This document shows positions 30,894 to 40,955 of a DNA stretch of 64,000 nt, one piece after another. Under the pieces are notes generated by a model, which ran no database searches, had not been told where the DNA came from, and saw only the letters and a list, made by a program, of their open reading frames with translations. The stretch's first letter is position 1. Each line of letters opens with the position of its first letter. Made by a program: the position numbers and the translations under genes. The stretch is from Candidatus Woesebacteria bacterium. Its GTDB lineage: Bacteria; Patescibacteriota; Microgenomatia; UBA8517. The stretch is from positions 273,771-337,770 of the forward strand of contig CP066686.1 of assembly GCA_016432365.1 (NCBI GenBank). The letters run 5' to 3'.

Positions 30894-31169
30894 ATGATAA
30901 CACCCGTTTTTACAGAAAAAAGTTTAAAATTAGCCAAAGAAGGTAAATATACTTTTTGGGTTAATGTTAAGCAAGACAAAATGTCGCTTAAGGCCCTAAT
31001 TGCCAAACTTTTTGGAGTACACGTAATCGATATCAAAACAGTTACGACTTCGGGGGAAACCAAAAAGAACAATCGGGGAGTGAAAGTTACAACATTAAGA
31101 GGTAAAAAGGCGATAGTTACCTTAAAAGAAGGTGAAAAAATAGATTTATTTGAAGAAAACAAAAAATGA
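30894..31169 (+). CDS. rplW: 50S ribosomal protein L23
   Basis: PVFTEKS, KKAIVTLKEG; gene order. Confidence 0.95.
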   Translation: MITPVFTEKSLKLAKEGKYTFWVNVKQDKMSLKALIAKLFGVHVIDIKTVTTSGETKKNNRGVKVTTLRGKKAIVTLKEGEKIDLFEENKK

Positions 31170-31918
31170 GAAGATTAAAATCAATATTACAAAAACGATC
31201 CGGACGAGCTCACGGCAAAGTTGTGGTTAGGCACCAGGGCGGTGGAGAAAAACGCTTTATGCGTGAAGTGGATTTTAAGAGATCTAAATTGGATATCTGG
31301 GGAAAAGTTGAAGGAGTTGAATACGATCCGAATAGAAATGCACTTCTTGCAGTAGTTTTGTATACCGACGGAACAAGGGTTTACATTTTGGCCCCCGTTG
31401 GGCTTAAAATTGGTGATAAAATAATCGCTTCGGAAGCGGCTCCGGTTACTCCGGGGAACGCCCTTCCTTTGAAGAACATTCCGGTTGGGGCATTAGTGCA
31501 CAATATAGAGATTACCAGAGGTAAAGGTGGACAAATTGTAAAAGGGGCCGGAAGCGCAGCCACCATTTTCGGGAAAGAGGATGCCTGGGTTTTGGTCAAG
31601 CTTCCCTCCGGAGAAATCAGAAGATTTGACCCCGAGTGCTATGCGAGTATTGGACAGGTGGGTAATGTTGATGCTAAGAACGAGGTTTTAGGCAAAGCTG
31701 GAAGAGTGCGTCACATGGGAATTAGACCAAGCGTCCGCGGAGTTGCAATGAATCCCGATTCTCATCCTCATGGAGGAGGAGAAGGAAGAAGTGGAATTGG
31801 TATGAAACATCCTAAGACTGTTTACGGTAGGAGCGCGGTTGGTAAGACCCGCAACAAGAAGAAGTATTCTAATCGGATGATAGTTCAAAGAAAAGGAGGC
31901 AAGTCGCTCTTAGGCTGA
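31166..31918 (+). CDS. rplB: 50S ribosomal protein L2
   Basis: [26 protein letters not shown]. Confidence 0.98.
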   Translation: MRRLKSILQKRSGRAHGKVVVRHQGGGEKRFMREVDFKRSKLDIWGKVEGVEYDPNRNALLAVVLYTDGTRVYILAPVGLKIGDKIIASEAAPVTPGNALPLKNIPVGALVHNIEITRGKGGQIVKGAGSAATIFGKEDAWVLVKLPSGEIRRFDPECYASIGQVGNVDAKNEVLGKAGRVRHMGIRPSVRGVAMNPDSHPHGGGEGRSGIGMKHPKTVYGRSAVGKTRNKKKYSNRMIVQRKGGKSLLG

Positions 31919-31919
31919 T

Positions 31920-32201
31920 ATGTCAAGAAGTTCTAAAAAGGGGCCGTTTATAGACCCAATACTAGTCAAAAAAGTGGAAAGTGGAAAAGGGGAAAAAGAG
32001 ACCCCGATAAAAACGTGGTCGAGGAAATGCCGAATTGCACCCACATTTATCGGTAAATATTTTCAGGTTCACAACGGACATGTATTCATCGATGTTTTTA
32101 TAACCGAAGACATGGTTGGGCACGCTTTAGGTGAATTTGCTCCCACAAGAACATTCAGAGGCCACGGAGAGATTGTAAAGCGCACTCTAGAAAAGACCTA
32201 A
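31920..32201 (+). CDS. rpsS: 30S ribosomal protein S19
   Basis: [23 protein letters not shown]. Confidence 0.98.
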   Translation: MSRSSKKGPFIDPILVKKVESGKGEKETPIKTWSRKCRIAPTFIGKYFQVHNGHVFIDVFITEDMVGHALGEFAPTRTFRGHGEIVKRTLEKT

Positions 32202-32202
32202 C

Positions 32203-32664
32203 ATGGAGAAAACATATACATCAACACAAAAATATTTGATTATGAGTCCTAGAAAAATAAGACTTGTGACCGATCTTATAAAAAAACTTAAGCCGGTTGA
32301 TGCTGTTGCCCGGCTTCCGTTTGTACAAAAGAGAGCGGGGGAAGTTGTTGCAAAAGTAATTAAAAGCGCCATAGCTGATGCTAAAAATCAGGGGGCCAGT
32401 GATACGGATTTGATTTTCAAAGAGATTCAGGTAGGAGAAGGACCAAGATTAAAAAGAGGACGCGCGGCAAGCCGTGGAAGATGGCATCCAGTCAAAAAGA
32501 GAATGGCCCACATCCGAGTTGTGTTAACAACCAGAGCAAAAAAATCCGAAGTACGAAATCCTAAATCCGAAACAAAAACTGAAAATTCAAAAGTCAAAAA
32601 TCTAAAGGCAAAAGTGCAAGTTAAAAGTGAAGATAAGAGCAAGAAGAAGGAGGAGGAAAAATAA
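32203..32664 (+). CDS. rplV: 50S ribosomal protein L22 with a repeat-derived C-terminal extension
   Basis: SPRKIRLV, VGEGPRLKR, AHIRVVL. Confidence 0.97.
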   Translation: MEKTYTSTQKYLIMSPRKIRLVTDLIKKLKPVDAVARLPFVQKRAGEVVAKVIKSAIADAKNQGASDTDLIFKEIQVGEGPRLKRGRAASRGRWHPVKKRMAHIRVVLTTRAKKSEVRNPKSETKTENSKVKNLKAKVQVKSEDKSKKKEEEK

Positions 32665-32665
32665 A

Positions 32666-33316
32666 ATGGGACAAAAAGTTAACCCGATAGGTATAAGAAT
32701 AGGTTCGTTTTTACCTTGGAAATCAAGGTGGTTTGCCGACGACGGACTATTTAAAGATTTTTTACTGGAGGATATAAAGATCCGAAAGGGTCTTATGGAA
32801 AAACTTAAACTTGCAGGCATTACGGAAGTTGAGATCGAAAGACTTCCCAAAAGCATGACAGTTACAATTACGGTCAGTAGACCGGGTGTTGTAATTGGTC
32901 GGGGTGGAACCGGAATTGAAGATGTTAAAAAATATATTTTAGGTGCCGTAAACGAAGTCCGTACTAAAAAGGTAAAAGATTTAAAAATTGATATTAGAAT
33001 TAATGAGGTCAAAAATCCCGAACTTTCGGCACATTTGGTTGCCGGAAGAATTGCCGGAGAGTTGGAGCGCAGAATTCCCCATAGGAGGGTTGTTCAAAAA
33101 GCGTTGGAGAGAGTTATGGCATCGGGTGCTCTTGGGGCCAAAGTAGTACTCGCTGGGCGTATTAACGGTATAGAAATTTCAAGAGTAGAAAAATTTCATA
33201 TGGGCAGTGTCCCGGCCCAAACCTTAAGAGAAAGCATTGATTACTCTCAAGTTCCGGCGCTTTTGAAGAGAGGTTATGTTGGAGTAAAGGTGTGGATACA
33301 CAAAAAACAGGAGTAA
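32666..33316 (+). CDS. rpsC: 30S ribosomal protein S3
   Basis: MGQKVNPIG, RPGVVIGRGG, GVKVWI; ATG 32666. Confidence 0.98.
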   Translation: MGQKVNPIGIRIGSFLPWKSRWFADDGLFKDFLLEDIKIRKGLMEKLKLAGITEVEIERLPKSMTVTITVSRPGVVIGRGGTGIEDVKKYILGAVNEVRTKKVKDLKIDIRINEVKNPELSAHLVAGRIAGELERRIPHRRVVQKALERVMASGALGAKVVLAGRINGIEISRVEKFHMGSVPAQTLRESIDYSQVPALLKRGYVGVKVWIHKKQE

Positions 33317-33417
33317 AATTCAAAAATCAAAATGCAAAAATCAAAAATTCAAATCAAAATTAAAAATTTCCAAATTTTGACTTTTAACTTTTAAATTTTA
33401 AATTTGAGCAAAGCGAA
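33315..33417. repeat. Inverted heptamer array between rpsC and rplP, ending in a GAGCAAAGCGAA core
   Basis: aaattca aaaatca aaatgca aaaatca ... ttttgac ttttaac ttttaaa ttttaaa. Confidence 0.85.
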
Positions 33418-33420
33418 CAT

Positions 33421-33831
33421 ATGTTACAACCAAAAAGAAGAAAATTCATAAAAGATTTTAGAGGCCGAAGGCGAGGATTGGCAACTCGTGGTAGTGAAAT
33501 CTCTTTCGGGGATTTTGCGATGAAAGCCCAGGAAGTAGCCTGGGTGACCAGCGCGCAAATTGAGTCAGCAAGGCGTACAATAACACACAACCTTAAAAAA
33601 GGCGGAAGAGTTTGGGTTAGGGTTTTCCCGGATAAACCAATTACAAGTAGACCGGCCGGAAAAAGAATGGGAGGCGGAAAAGGAGACATTTCAACGTATG
33701 TAGCAGTAGTTAAACCGGGAATGATCCTTTTTGAAGTAGCGGGAGCGGCCGAGGCCATTGTCCGTGAGGCCATGAGAAGAGCGTCAGCAAAATTGCCGAT
33801 AGATATAAAGATAATTAGTAGGGAGGACTAA
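33421..33831 (+). CDS. rplP: 50S ribosomal protein L16
   Basis: MLQPKR, RVFPDKPIT, RMGGGKG. Confidence 0.98.
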   Translation: MLQPKRRKFIKDFRGRRRGLATRGSEISFGDFAMKAQEVAWVTSAQIESARRTITHNLKKGGRVWVRVFPDKPITSRPAGKRMGGGKGDISTYVAVVKPGMILFEVAGAAEAIVREAMRRASAKLPIDIKIISRED

Positions 33832-33834
33832 AAT

Positions 33835-34074
33835 ATGAAAAGAAAAGAATTTACAGGTTTAAAAAATAAGTCGATCAAAGATCTGGAAAAGCTTGTCAGA
33901 GAGAAAAAGGAAGAATCTCTCAAGAAAAAAATGGAAGGAATCTCGGGTAAAGACAAAAATCTAAAGAATTACAGAAACCTGAGGCGCGAAATTGCACAGG
34001 CTTTAACTTTGATTAAAGAGAAGCAGATAATTGAGGAGCTAAAAAGCAAAAGCGAAGAAGTCAAAACTAAATAA
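33835..34074 (+). CDS. rpmC: 50S ribosomal protein L29
   Basis: LRREIAQALT; gene order. Confidence 0.9.
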   Translation: MKRKEFTGLKNKSIKDLEKLVREKKEESLKKKMEGISGKDKNLKNYRNLRREIAQALTLIKEKQIIEELKSKSEEVKTK

Positions 34075-34077
34075 ACT

Positions 34078-34326
34078 ATGAAAGTATTTACAGGAAGAGT
34101 AATCGCAACAAAAATGGCCAAAACAGCAACGGTCGCCGTGGAGCGTGTTGTAATACACCCTTTGTACAAGAAAAGGTTTATGAGGGATACAAAATATCAG
34201 GTTCATGATGAGAGTGGGGTAAAAATCGGAGATGTTGTTAAATTCACGGCCAGTAAGCCTTACTCAAAGACAAAGAAATGGAAAGTTTTGGAAGTAGTTA
34301 ATCGGAAAGGAGAAGCTAGTAGCTAG
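34078..34326 (+). CDS. rpsQ: 30S ribosomal protein S17
   Basis: GRVIATKMAKT, HPLYKK, PYSKTKKW. Confidence 0.97.
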   Translation: MKVFTGRVIATKMAKTATVAVERVVIHPLYKKRFMRDTKYQVHDESGVKIGDVVKFTASKPYSKTKKWKVLEVVNRKGEASS

Positions 34327-34350
34327 ATTCTAGTAACTAGTGACTAAAGT

Positions 34351-34716
34351 ATGGTTCAATTACGCACAATGTTAGTTTCGGCAGATAATAGCGGGGCCAA
34401 AAGACTCATGATCATTGGGGTTCCGGGAAGAGTTGGTAAATTCGCGACTCTCGGAGATGTTGTTCTTTGTGTAGTCAAGGGGGCTGACGCGGCGGGAATA
34501 GTCACTGACCATGAAAAAGTTAGAGTTTTAATAGTACGCACACGAAAAGAAGTCGGTAGAAGTGACGGGACCTACATCCGCTTTGACGATAATGCCGGGG
34601 TTGTGATTGATAAGCAAGGCCTCCCCAGGGGCACAAGAATTTTGGGTCCGGTTGCCAGAGAAATTAAGGATGTCGGATATAACAAGATTGCGTCGTTAGC
34701 TAGAGAAGTCATTTAA
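34351..34716 (+). CDS. rplN: 50S ribosomal protein L14
   Basis: ADNSGAK, IRFDDNA, GTRILGPVARE. Confidence 0.98.
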   Translation: MVQLRTMLVSADNSGAKRLMIIGVPGRVGKFATLGDVVLCVVKGADAAGIVTDHEKVRVLIVRTRKEVGRSDGTYIRFDDNAGVVIDKQGLPRGTRILGPVAREIKDVGYNKIASLAREVI

Positions 34717-34722
34717 TAATAT

Positions 34723-35037
34723 ATGTTGAAATTTAAAAAAGGAGATACAGTTAAAATAACAGCGGGTAAAGATAAAGGAAGAGAGGGGAAAATTGAGAAA
34801 ATTTTACCAGTCGAATCTAAAGCTTTAATCCCCGAGATCAATCTTTACAAAAAACACGTAAAAGGATTTGGAGACGTAAAAGGGGGAGTTTACCCACTTC
34901 CTCGTCCAATGAGTTTCGCCAAATTTGCTTTAATTTGCCCGAAATGTAAAAAGGTAACTCGAGTCGGATTCAAGTTTGCAGGGGACGAAAAAAACAGGAT
35001 TTGCAGGAAATGCGGAAAGGAAATTGACAATAAATAA
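34723..35037 (+). CDS. rplX: 50S ribosomal protein L24
   Basis: KKGDTVKITAGKDKG (KOW), C-terminal CPKC/CRKC. Confidence 0.97.
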   Translation: MLKFKKGDTVKITAGKDKGREGKIEKILPVESKALIPEINLYKKHVKGFGDVKGGVYPLPRPMSFAKFALICPKCKKVTRVGFKFAGDEKNRICRKCGKEIDNK

Positions 35038-35038
35038 T

Positions 35039-35584
35039 ATGGATAAACAAAGATTGCAGGAAAAGTTTGAAAAAGAGGTCAAACCGGTATTGGCCAAAGA
35101 ATTTGGCATAGATAATTCTATGGCAATCCCGAGAATTAAGAAGATTGTTATCAATATGGGTGTGGGAGAAGCGGCCAAAAACCAAGCTCTAATGGATGGA
35201 TTAAGACGGGATATTGCTGCCATTTCCGGTCAATTTCCTTCGGTGAGGAATGCAAAGGTTTCAATTGCAAGCTTTTCGCTTCGTGCAGGGATGCCGGTTG
35301 GTTTGTCTGTAACTTTGAGAGGAAACAGAATGTATTCATTTTTAGACAGGCTCATGTCGACCACCTTGCCGCGTCTAAGAGATTTCAGAGGAACATCTAT
35401 AAAATCGTTTGATAAGTCGGGCAATTACACTTTAGGGTTTGTGGAGCACACTGTTTTTCCGGAAATTGATCCGGCAAAAAGCGCCGCCCCTCATGGGCTT
35501 GAAGTGACGGTCGTGATATCAGGTGGCGACGTGGTACAATCCAAAAGACTTTTGGAACTAATGGGGATGCCATTTCAAAAATAA
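35039..35584 (+). CDS. rplE: 50S ribosomal protein L5
   Basis: KIVINMGVG, LPRLRDFRG, GNYTLG; ATG 35039. Confidence 0.98.
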   Translation: MDKQRLQEKFEKEVKPVLAKEFGIDNSMAIPRIKKIVINMGVGEAAKNQALMDGLRRDIAAISGQFPSVRNAKVSIASFSLRAGMPVGLSVTLRGNRMYSFLDRLMSTTLPRLRDFRGTSIKSFDKSGNYTLGFVEHTVFPEIDPAKSAAPHGLEVTVVISGGDVVQSKRLLELMGMPFQK

Positions 35585-35587
35585 TAT

Positions 35588-35773
35588 ATGTCAACAACTG
35601 CAAAAGAAGTCAGAGAAACCAAAAAATTGAAGTTTAAAGTTAGATATCGAAACAGATGTAAAATCTGCGGGAGATCGCGTGGTTACATACGGAAGTTTGG
35701 AATTTGTAGGCTTTGTTTCAGAGAACATGCGTTAAGAGGTGAAATCCCTGGTGTCAGAAAAGCGAGTTGGTAA
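35588..35773 (+). CDS. rpsN: 30S ribosomal protein S14, zinc-binding type
   Basis: [28 protein letters not shown]. Confidence 0.97.
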   Translation: MSTTAKEVRETKKLKFKVRYRNRCKICGRSRGYIRKFGICRLCFREHALRGEIPGVRKASW

Positions 35774-35777
35774 TTAT

Positions 35778-36176
35778 ATGAAGAAAACAAAAAATAAAGT
35801 TACAAATTATTCGGTAGGAGACTTTTTAATAAAAGTTAAAAATACCGCCATGGCTAAGAATAAAAAACTTGAGGTACATGGCAATAACAAAATTGTGGCA
35901 ATAGCCGAGGCTCTCAAAAAGCTTGGTTATCTGGACGAAGTTAAAAAGGATAAAAACGATCTAAATATCTCCCTGGCATTCAAAAACAAGAAGCCGGTTT
36001 TAATGGATCTAAGGTTGATAAGCAAGCCGGGACTTAGAATCTACTTGGGAGTCGATGAAATTGGCGCCAAGAAAGGTCCATCAACTTTTATTATTTCGAC
36101 CCCGAAAGGAATCCTTTCGTCACGCGAATCGATAAAGTCCAGAACGGGCGGGGAAGTAATTGCGGAAATTTGGTAA
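35778..36176 (+). CDS. rpsH: 30S ribosomal protein S8
   Basis: ISKPGLRIY, ISTPKGI, GGEVIAEIW; ATG 35778. Confidence 0.96.
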   Translation: MKKTKNKVTNYSVGDFLIKVKNTAMAKNKKLEVHGNNKIVAIAEALKKLGYLDEVKKDKNDLNISLAFKNKKPVLMDLRLISKPGLRIYLGVDEIGAKKGPSTFIISTPKGILSSRESIKSRTGGEVIAEIW

Positions 36177-36177
36177 T

Positions 36178-36729
36178 ATGAGCAAAATCGGAAGACAACC
36201 AGTCAAAATTGTTTCGGGAGTAACAGTTGAAGTTACGGGCCAAACTGTTAAGACAACCGGTCCAAAAGGCGTCCTTACCAGACACCTACCTTATGGGGTC
36301 AAAGCAGAAGTCAAAGATGGAGAAGTTCTTGTAACGGTAAAAGGTTCGAGCAAATTAGCTAGTAGTTTGCACGGAACGTTCAGGTCGATAATAAACAACG
36401 ATGTCTTTGGAGTATCTACCGGATGGAGCAAAAAACTTGAACTGGTCGGGACCGGTTTTAGGGCAGAACTTACGGGAAAAACATTATCCCTAACCGTAGG
36501 CTATTCTCATCCTGTAAAAATTGAAGCACCGGTTGGGATTACTTTTAAAATTGAAAAAATGATAGTTACAGTAGATGGTTTTGATAAAGAAATTGTCGGA
36601 CAGGTTGCGGCAGACATCCGCGGAGTCAGGCCTCCGGAACCTTACAAAGGTAAGGGAATTAAATATGTAGATGAAGTTATCCGCAGGAAGCCAGGAAAGG
36701 CTGCAGCCAAAACGACAGGAGCGGCCTAA
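36178..36729 (+). CDS. rplF: 50S ribosomal protein L6
   Basis: MSKIGRQP, GYSHP, RPPEPYKGKGI. Confidence 0.98.
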   Translation: MSKIGRQPVKIVSGVTVEVTGQTVKTTGPKGVLTRHLPYGVKAEVKDGEVLVTVKGSSKLASSLHGTFRSIINNDVFGVSTGWSKKLELVGTGFRAELTGKTLSLTVGYSHPVKIEAPVGITFKIEKMIVTVDGFDKEIVGQVAADIRGVRPPEPYKGKGIKYVDEVIRRKPGKAAAKTTGAA

Positions 36730-36762
36730 CTAAAATTAATAATTAATAATTAAAAATTAAAA

Positions 36763-37083
36763 ATGGAAATCAAACAAAAAAGATATCAACAAAGAAAAAG
36801 AAGGGTTAAAGCAAAAATTTTTGGTACTAAAGCTCGCCCAAGACTTAGTGTTTTTCGTTCAAATAAATATTTGTATTCTCAGGTAATTGACGATGAAGCC
36901 CAAGTGACTTTAGTTTCCGCCAAGGGACCTAAAAATGATGGTGCAAAAGTTGGAGAAGAATTGGCAAAAAAGGCGATGAGTAAGAAAATCAAAAAGGTTA
37001 CTTTTGACAGAAATGGATTTATTTACCACGGCAAAGTTAAGGCTTTGGCAGATGGAGCAAGAAAAGGAGGACTTGAATTCTAG
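36763..37083 (+). CDS. rplR: 50S ribosomal protein L18
   Basis: [26 protein letters not shown]. Confidence 0.97.
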   Translation: MEIKQKRYQQRKRRVKAKIFGTKARPRLSVFRSNKYLYSQVIDDEAQVTLVSAKGPKNDGAKVGEELAKKAMSKKIKKVTFDRNGFIYHGKVKALADGARKGGLEF

Positions 37084-37107
37084 TTTCTGAAACTAGTTCA
37101 GAATAAA

Positions 37108-37620
37108 ATGGCAAATTTTAATAGGAGGCAACAATACGATACAGGACCAAAAGAGTTCGAAGAAACAGTGGTCCAAATAAATAGGGTTTCCAAGAAGACA
37201 AAAGGTGGAAATCAGGCAAGATTCTCCGCACTTGTTGTTGTGGGAGATAAAAAGGGGAGAGTCGGAGTAGGGCTTGCCAAGGCCCATGACGTACGAAACG
37301 CGATCAGGAAATCAATTGAAGCAGCCAAGAGAAAATTAATCGTAGTCCCGCTCTCTGGTACCACAATACCATATTCGGTCAACGAGAAATTTTCGGCAGC
37401 AAAAATATTATTAAAACCAGCACCCCCAGGGAGTGGAATTATTGCGGGAGGCCCTATGAGAGTAGTTCTTGAGGCAGCCGGAATAAGAGATGCAGTAGGA
37501 AAGATTTTGGGAACTAAAAATAAAATCTCAAACGTTTATGCCACCCTTAAAGCCTTGGAACAAATTACCGGTATTGTAGAAATGAAGAAAAAGCCGGCAA
37601 AGGCAGAAACTAAAGAATAA
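37108..37620 (+). CDS. rpsE: 30S ribosomal protein S5
   Basis: INRVSKKTKGG, VVVGD, GSGIIAGG. Confidence 0.98.
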   Translation: MANFNRRQQYDTGPKEFEETVVQINRVSKKTKGGNQARFSALVVVGDKKGRVGVGLAKAHDVRNAIRKSIEAAKRKLIVVPLSGTTIPYSVNEKFSAAKILLKPAPPGSGIIAGGPMRVVLEAAGIRDAVGKILGTKNKISNVYATLKALEQITGIVEMKKKPAKAETKE

Positions 37621-37625
37621 TCAAA

Positions 37626-38039
37626 ATGGAAAAAAATAAACTACCAAAGATAGTTCAAAGACCAAAAAAACGTGTAGGACGTGGTGTTGGTTCGGGTAAA
37701 GGTAGTCATACTTCAGGACGTGGTCAAAAAGGACAAAAATCAAGAACTTCAAAAGGAATTCTTTTTGAAGGGCTTAAAATGAAGAAGTCCTTCCTCAAAA
37801 GGCTTCCGCTTCAAAGAGGGAAGGGAAAATTTAAGGCCGGTGGAAAACCGCTGACTCTCAATCTGAGAGACTTGGAAGTTCTCCCGACCGGATCAAAGAT
37901 TACAGTTGAACTTTTGGTGAAAGAAAAGCTAGTTGATGCAAAATTGGCCAAAAAATTTGGAGTAAAAATATTAGGCGGAGGCAAAACAACCAAAAAATTT
38001 ACGTTCGAAGTCCCAACCTCAAAAAGTGTAGTTAAATAA
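37626..38039 (+). CDS. rplO: 50S ribosomal protein L15
   Basis: RVGRGVGSGKG..SGRGQKGQKSR; follows rpsE directly, with no rpmD. Confidence 0.96.
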   Translation: MEKNKLPKIVQRPKKRVGRGVGSGKGSHTSGRGQKGQKSRTSKGILFEGLKMKKSFLKRLPLQRGKGKFKAGGKPLTLNLRDLEVLPTGSKITVELLVKEKLVDAKLAKKFGVKILGGGKTTKKFTFEVPTSKSVVK

Positions 38040-38082
38040 ATTTCCTTAAGTTTCTGTGATTTTCCCCAAATTCCTTTTTTTC

Positions 38083-38147
38083 AAAAAAAAGACACCCCCT
38101 TTATAATCCTTGCGGATAACCTTATTACAGGTTGGGGGTGTTGTTTT
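38083..38147. terminator. Probable bidirectional terminator
   Basis: A run, GACACCCCC...GGGGGTGTT stem, T run, between convergent rplO and the minus-strand ORF. Confidence 0.6.
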
Positions 38148-38178
38148 ACACTTTGCGGGTTTGTTGTGTTTGGTTTTA

Positions 38179-38862
38179 TTACTTGTTGGAAATGGCGATG
38201 TTGTTGCCGAAAACTTTCTTGAAAGCTTCAACAACGTTGTCTACAATCGACATGTGATTGTCGTCGAGTTCAGTCCAACTGAAGGCGTTTGCAATCTCGA
38301 CGCGCGCCTCGTAAGGCTGTATTGAAACTTGTGTGACGCCCGGGATCTGCATAACGATGCGGACAAATTCTCCGCCGCCATCAATGCCGACCTTGCGTAG
38401 ATACTCAAGGCTGGAAATCCGAAGTGGACGCTGGAAAGTCTCATAGCGTGTATTCGAGATTTCAAAGTTGGTGGCGAAACCCCGAAGCCGATCGTTTGGA
38501 TAAGTCTCAATGACAAGTCTTTTCCGGGGATGTAGCTCGTCATACCTTGCTTGAAATGCCTTTTTGACAATCTGGTCGATCTTTTCGTTCCAGAGCGTTC
38601 GACGTCCGAAGGAATCTTTCTCCTTCAGGTAGATCGCAACTTCATATGGTTCAACAAAAATATGGTCAACCCCATCGATCTGGCGCAGTTCCTGAACCAT
38701 CTCGGCTACGATACGGTCATGGTCGCGAAGAGCTTCGAGGTGCAAACTTCGAGCCGAACCATGGGACGTATAGAGCGAGATGTTTTGCTTGCCGATTTCC
38801 ACATTAGTTGAGAAAGTTCTCCCCAACGCGTGGTGCACACGAACATTGAATATCAGTTTCAT
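38179..38862 (-). CDS. Protein with two tandem Nfu/NifU-N-terminal-like domains, antisense between rplO and secY
   Basis: Internal repeat (LRQIDGVDHIFVEPYEVAI..W / VMQIPGVTQVSIQPYEARV..W); ETYPN resembles the TPN motif; GGAG SD before ATG 38862. Confidence 0.6.
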   Translation of the reverse strand: MKLIFNVRVHHALGRTFSTNVEIGKQNISLYTSHGSARSLHLEALRDHDRIVAEMVQELRQIDGVDHIFVEPYEVAIYLKEKDSFGRRTLWNEKIDQIVKKAFQARYDELHPRKRLVIETYPNDRLRGFATNFEISNTRYETFQRPLRISSLEYLRKVGIDGGGEFVRIVMQIPGVTQVSIQPYEARVEIANAFSWTELDDNHMSIVDNVVEAFKKVFGNNIAISNK

Positions 38863-39039
38863 AATCTTTCTCCGATTTCTCATCATCATCAGAATAGAAT
38901 TTCCGAAGCCAAAACCCGCAATTTCAACGTGCAAAACCGAACCGCATTCTATAACAACCACACATCAAAGTCAAGATTATGGGATATTGTGTAGAAAAAC
39001 CCTGTCTTTAGGATCAAAATTGGGATATAATTTACAAAC

Positions 39040-40323
39040 ATGTTTAATTCAATAATTCACTTTTTTGATAAAGCGGTCAAAACCCCCTCTATCAGGAGAA
39101 AATTACTAGTCACTGCCGGGGTCTTGATTATCTTTAGGCTTGCAGGGCATATTCCGGCAGCCGGTATAAACAGGGAAACTTTGACCGCTCTTTTTAACGG
39201 GAGTCCTCTTCTTTCGCTTTTAGATGTATTTTCAGGCGGAACTTTGGCCAACTTTTCCATTCTTGCACTGGGGCTTAACCCTTACATCAATGCCTCGATT
39301 ATTTTTCAGATGTTGGGCTATGTGATTCCGAGTCTGGAAGCACTTCAAAAAGAAGGGGAATTTGGTCAGGAAAAAATCAATCAATACACACGACTTTTAA
39401 CAGTCCCATTAGCCGCTCTTCAGGCTTTTGGAATGTATGCCCTTTTGAAGGGTCAGCAGGTTATCCCAAACTTGGAACCTGTAGCTCTTTTGTCATTAGT
39501 AATAACTATGACTGCAGGTACCGTTTTTGCTGTTTGGCTTGGAGAACTAATTAGCGAATACGGTTTTAAAAATGGAGTTTCCATTCTGATCTTCACCGGA
39601 ATTGTTGCGCGTTTACCCATCACTTTAGGGCAATCGGCTAGTGTTGTTCAGTCGCAAGACGTTCTCAAGGTGATAATTTTCTTGGCGGTTGCAGTTGTTA
39701 TTGTTGGACTTGTGATTTTCATCAGCGAAGCGGCACGTCAAATTCCGATTCACTATGCCAAAAGAAGGACAGAAAGCGGGCTTGCCTCAACTTCTTATCT
39801 TCCTCTTCGTCTTAATCAGGCCGGAGTAATCCCTATAATTTTTGCCGTATCTTTGGTTCTTTTACCCTCGCTCTTGGGTCAGTTTTTGGTAAATGTTCCC
39901 AACGCTGCGGTTGCCAATATTGCCCGAACGATCAGTACGGCTTTTAACCCCCAATCACTTACTTACAACTTGGTATATTTCTTTTTGGTTTTCGGATTTA
40001 CCTATTTTTATACGGCAGTTGTCTTTAACCCAGAAAAAATTTCTGAAGATTTGCAAAAAGGTGGAGGTTTTATCCCCGGAATTCGTCCCGGCAAGGAAAC
40101 GGCAAAGTATCTTTCTTTTGTTCTTGCCCGTTTAACTGTGGTGGGTGGGGCATTTTTGGGAATGGTGGCCATTTTGCCGTCATTTTTCCAGAGTTTTGTC
40201 GGAGTACAAAGCCTGGCCATTGGAGGAACTAGTATCTTGATTGTTGTTTCTGTAGCCCTAGAAGTAATTCGTGAGATTGAAGGTGAAATGGTTATGGGTA
40301 AATACGAAGGGCTAATACGATGA
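39040..40323 (+). CDS. secY: Preprotein translocase SecY
   Basis: FSILALGLNPYINASII, NQAGVIPIIFA, FIPGIRPG. Confidence 0.99.
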   Translation: MFNSIIHFFDKAVKTPSIRRKLLVTAGVLIIFRLAGHIPAAGINRETLTALFNGSPLLSLLDVFSGGTLANFSILALGLNPYINASIIFQMLGYVIPSLEALQKEGEFGQEKINQYTRLLTVPLAALQAFGMYALLKGQQVIPNLEPVALLSLVITMTAGTVFAVWLGELISEYGFKNGVSILIFTGIVARLPITLGQSASVVQSQDVLKVIIFLAVAVVIVGLVIFISEAARQIPIHYAKRRTESGLASTSYLPLRLNQAGVIPIIFAVSLVLLPSLLGQFLVNVPNAAVANIARTISTAFNPQSLTYNLVYFFLVFGFTYFYTAVVFNPEKISEDLQKGGGFIPGIRPGKETAKYLSFVLARLTVVGGAFLGMVAILPSFFQSFVGVQSLAIGGTSILIVVSVALEVIREIEGEMVMGKYEGLIR

Positions 40324-40955
40324 ACATTTTACTAATGGGCCCTCAGGGATCGGGTAAAGGTACTCAGGCTGCAAAAATTTGTGAAGAATTCGGCTTTTTT
40401 TATTTTGAATCCGGCTCATATTTGAGAAGAATTGCGGAAACCGACCCCTGGCTTAAAGATTGGTTGAATACAGGAAAACTAGTACCTGACAAAGAATTAA
40501 CTTCCTATCTTTCTGCGTTCTTAGATAAAAACAACCTATATGATGATATAGTTTTTGATGGATTTCCTAGGACTGTTGTTCAATATCATTTTTGGAAAGA
40601 CTGGCTTAAAGACAAGGGTGTTAGTCTGGATCTTGTTTTTGTACTCAAGATAAGCAGCGAAGAAACTGTCAGAAGATTGTCAGCCAGAAGACAGGATCCA
40701 GAGAACGGAAAAATATATAACCTTATTACAGACCCACCGCCTGCAGATATAAATGTAAGTACATTGATTCAAAGAGAGGATGACAAACCGGAGGCTATCA
40801 AGGTGCGTCTGGCCTATTACCACAACATAACGGAGCCTTTAATAGCTGAATTAAAAAAGGATACAAAAGTTGTCGAGGTGGATGGTGAGCGCCCGATTGA
40901 CGCAATCTCCAAAGATCTAATAGAAATAATTAAAGAAAATGGCCATAAAAATTAA
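40320..40955 (+). CDS. adk: Adenylate kinase
   Basis: GPQGSGKGTQA, DGFPRT, QREDD. Confidence 0.95.
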   Translation: MNILLMGPQGSGKGTQAAKICEEFGFFYFESGSYLRRIAETDPWLKDWLNTGKLVPDKELTSYLSAFLDKNNLYDDIVFDGFPRTVVQYHFWKDWLKDKGVSLDLVFVLKISSEETVRRLSARRQDPENGKIYNLITDPPPADINVSTLIQREDDKPEAIKVRLAYYHNITEPLIAELKKDTKVVEVDGERPIDAISKDLIEIIKENGHKN

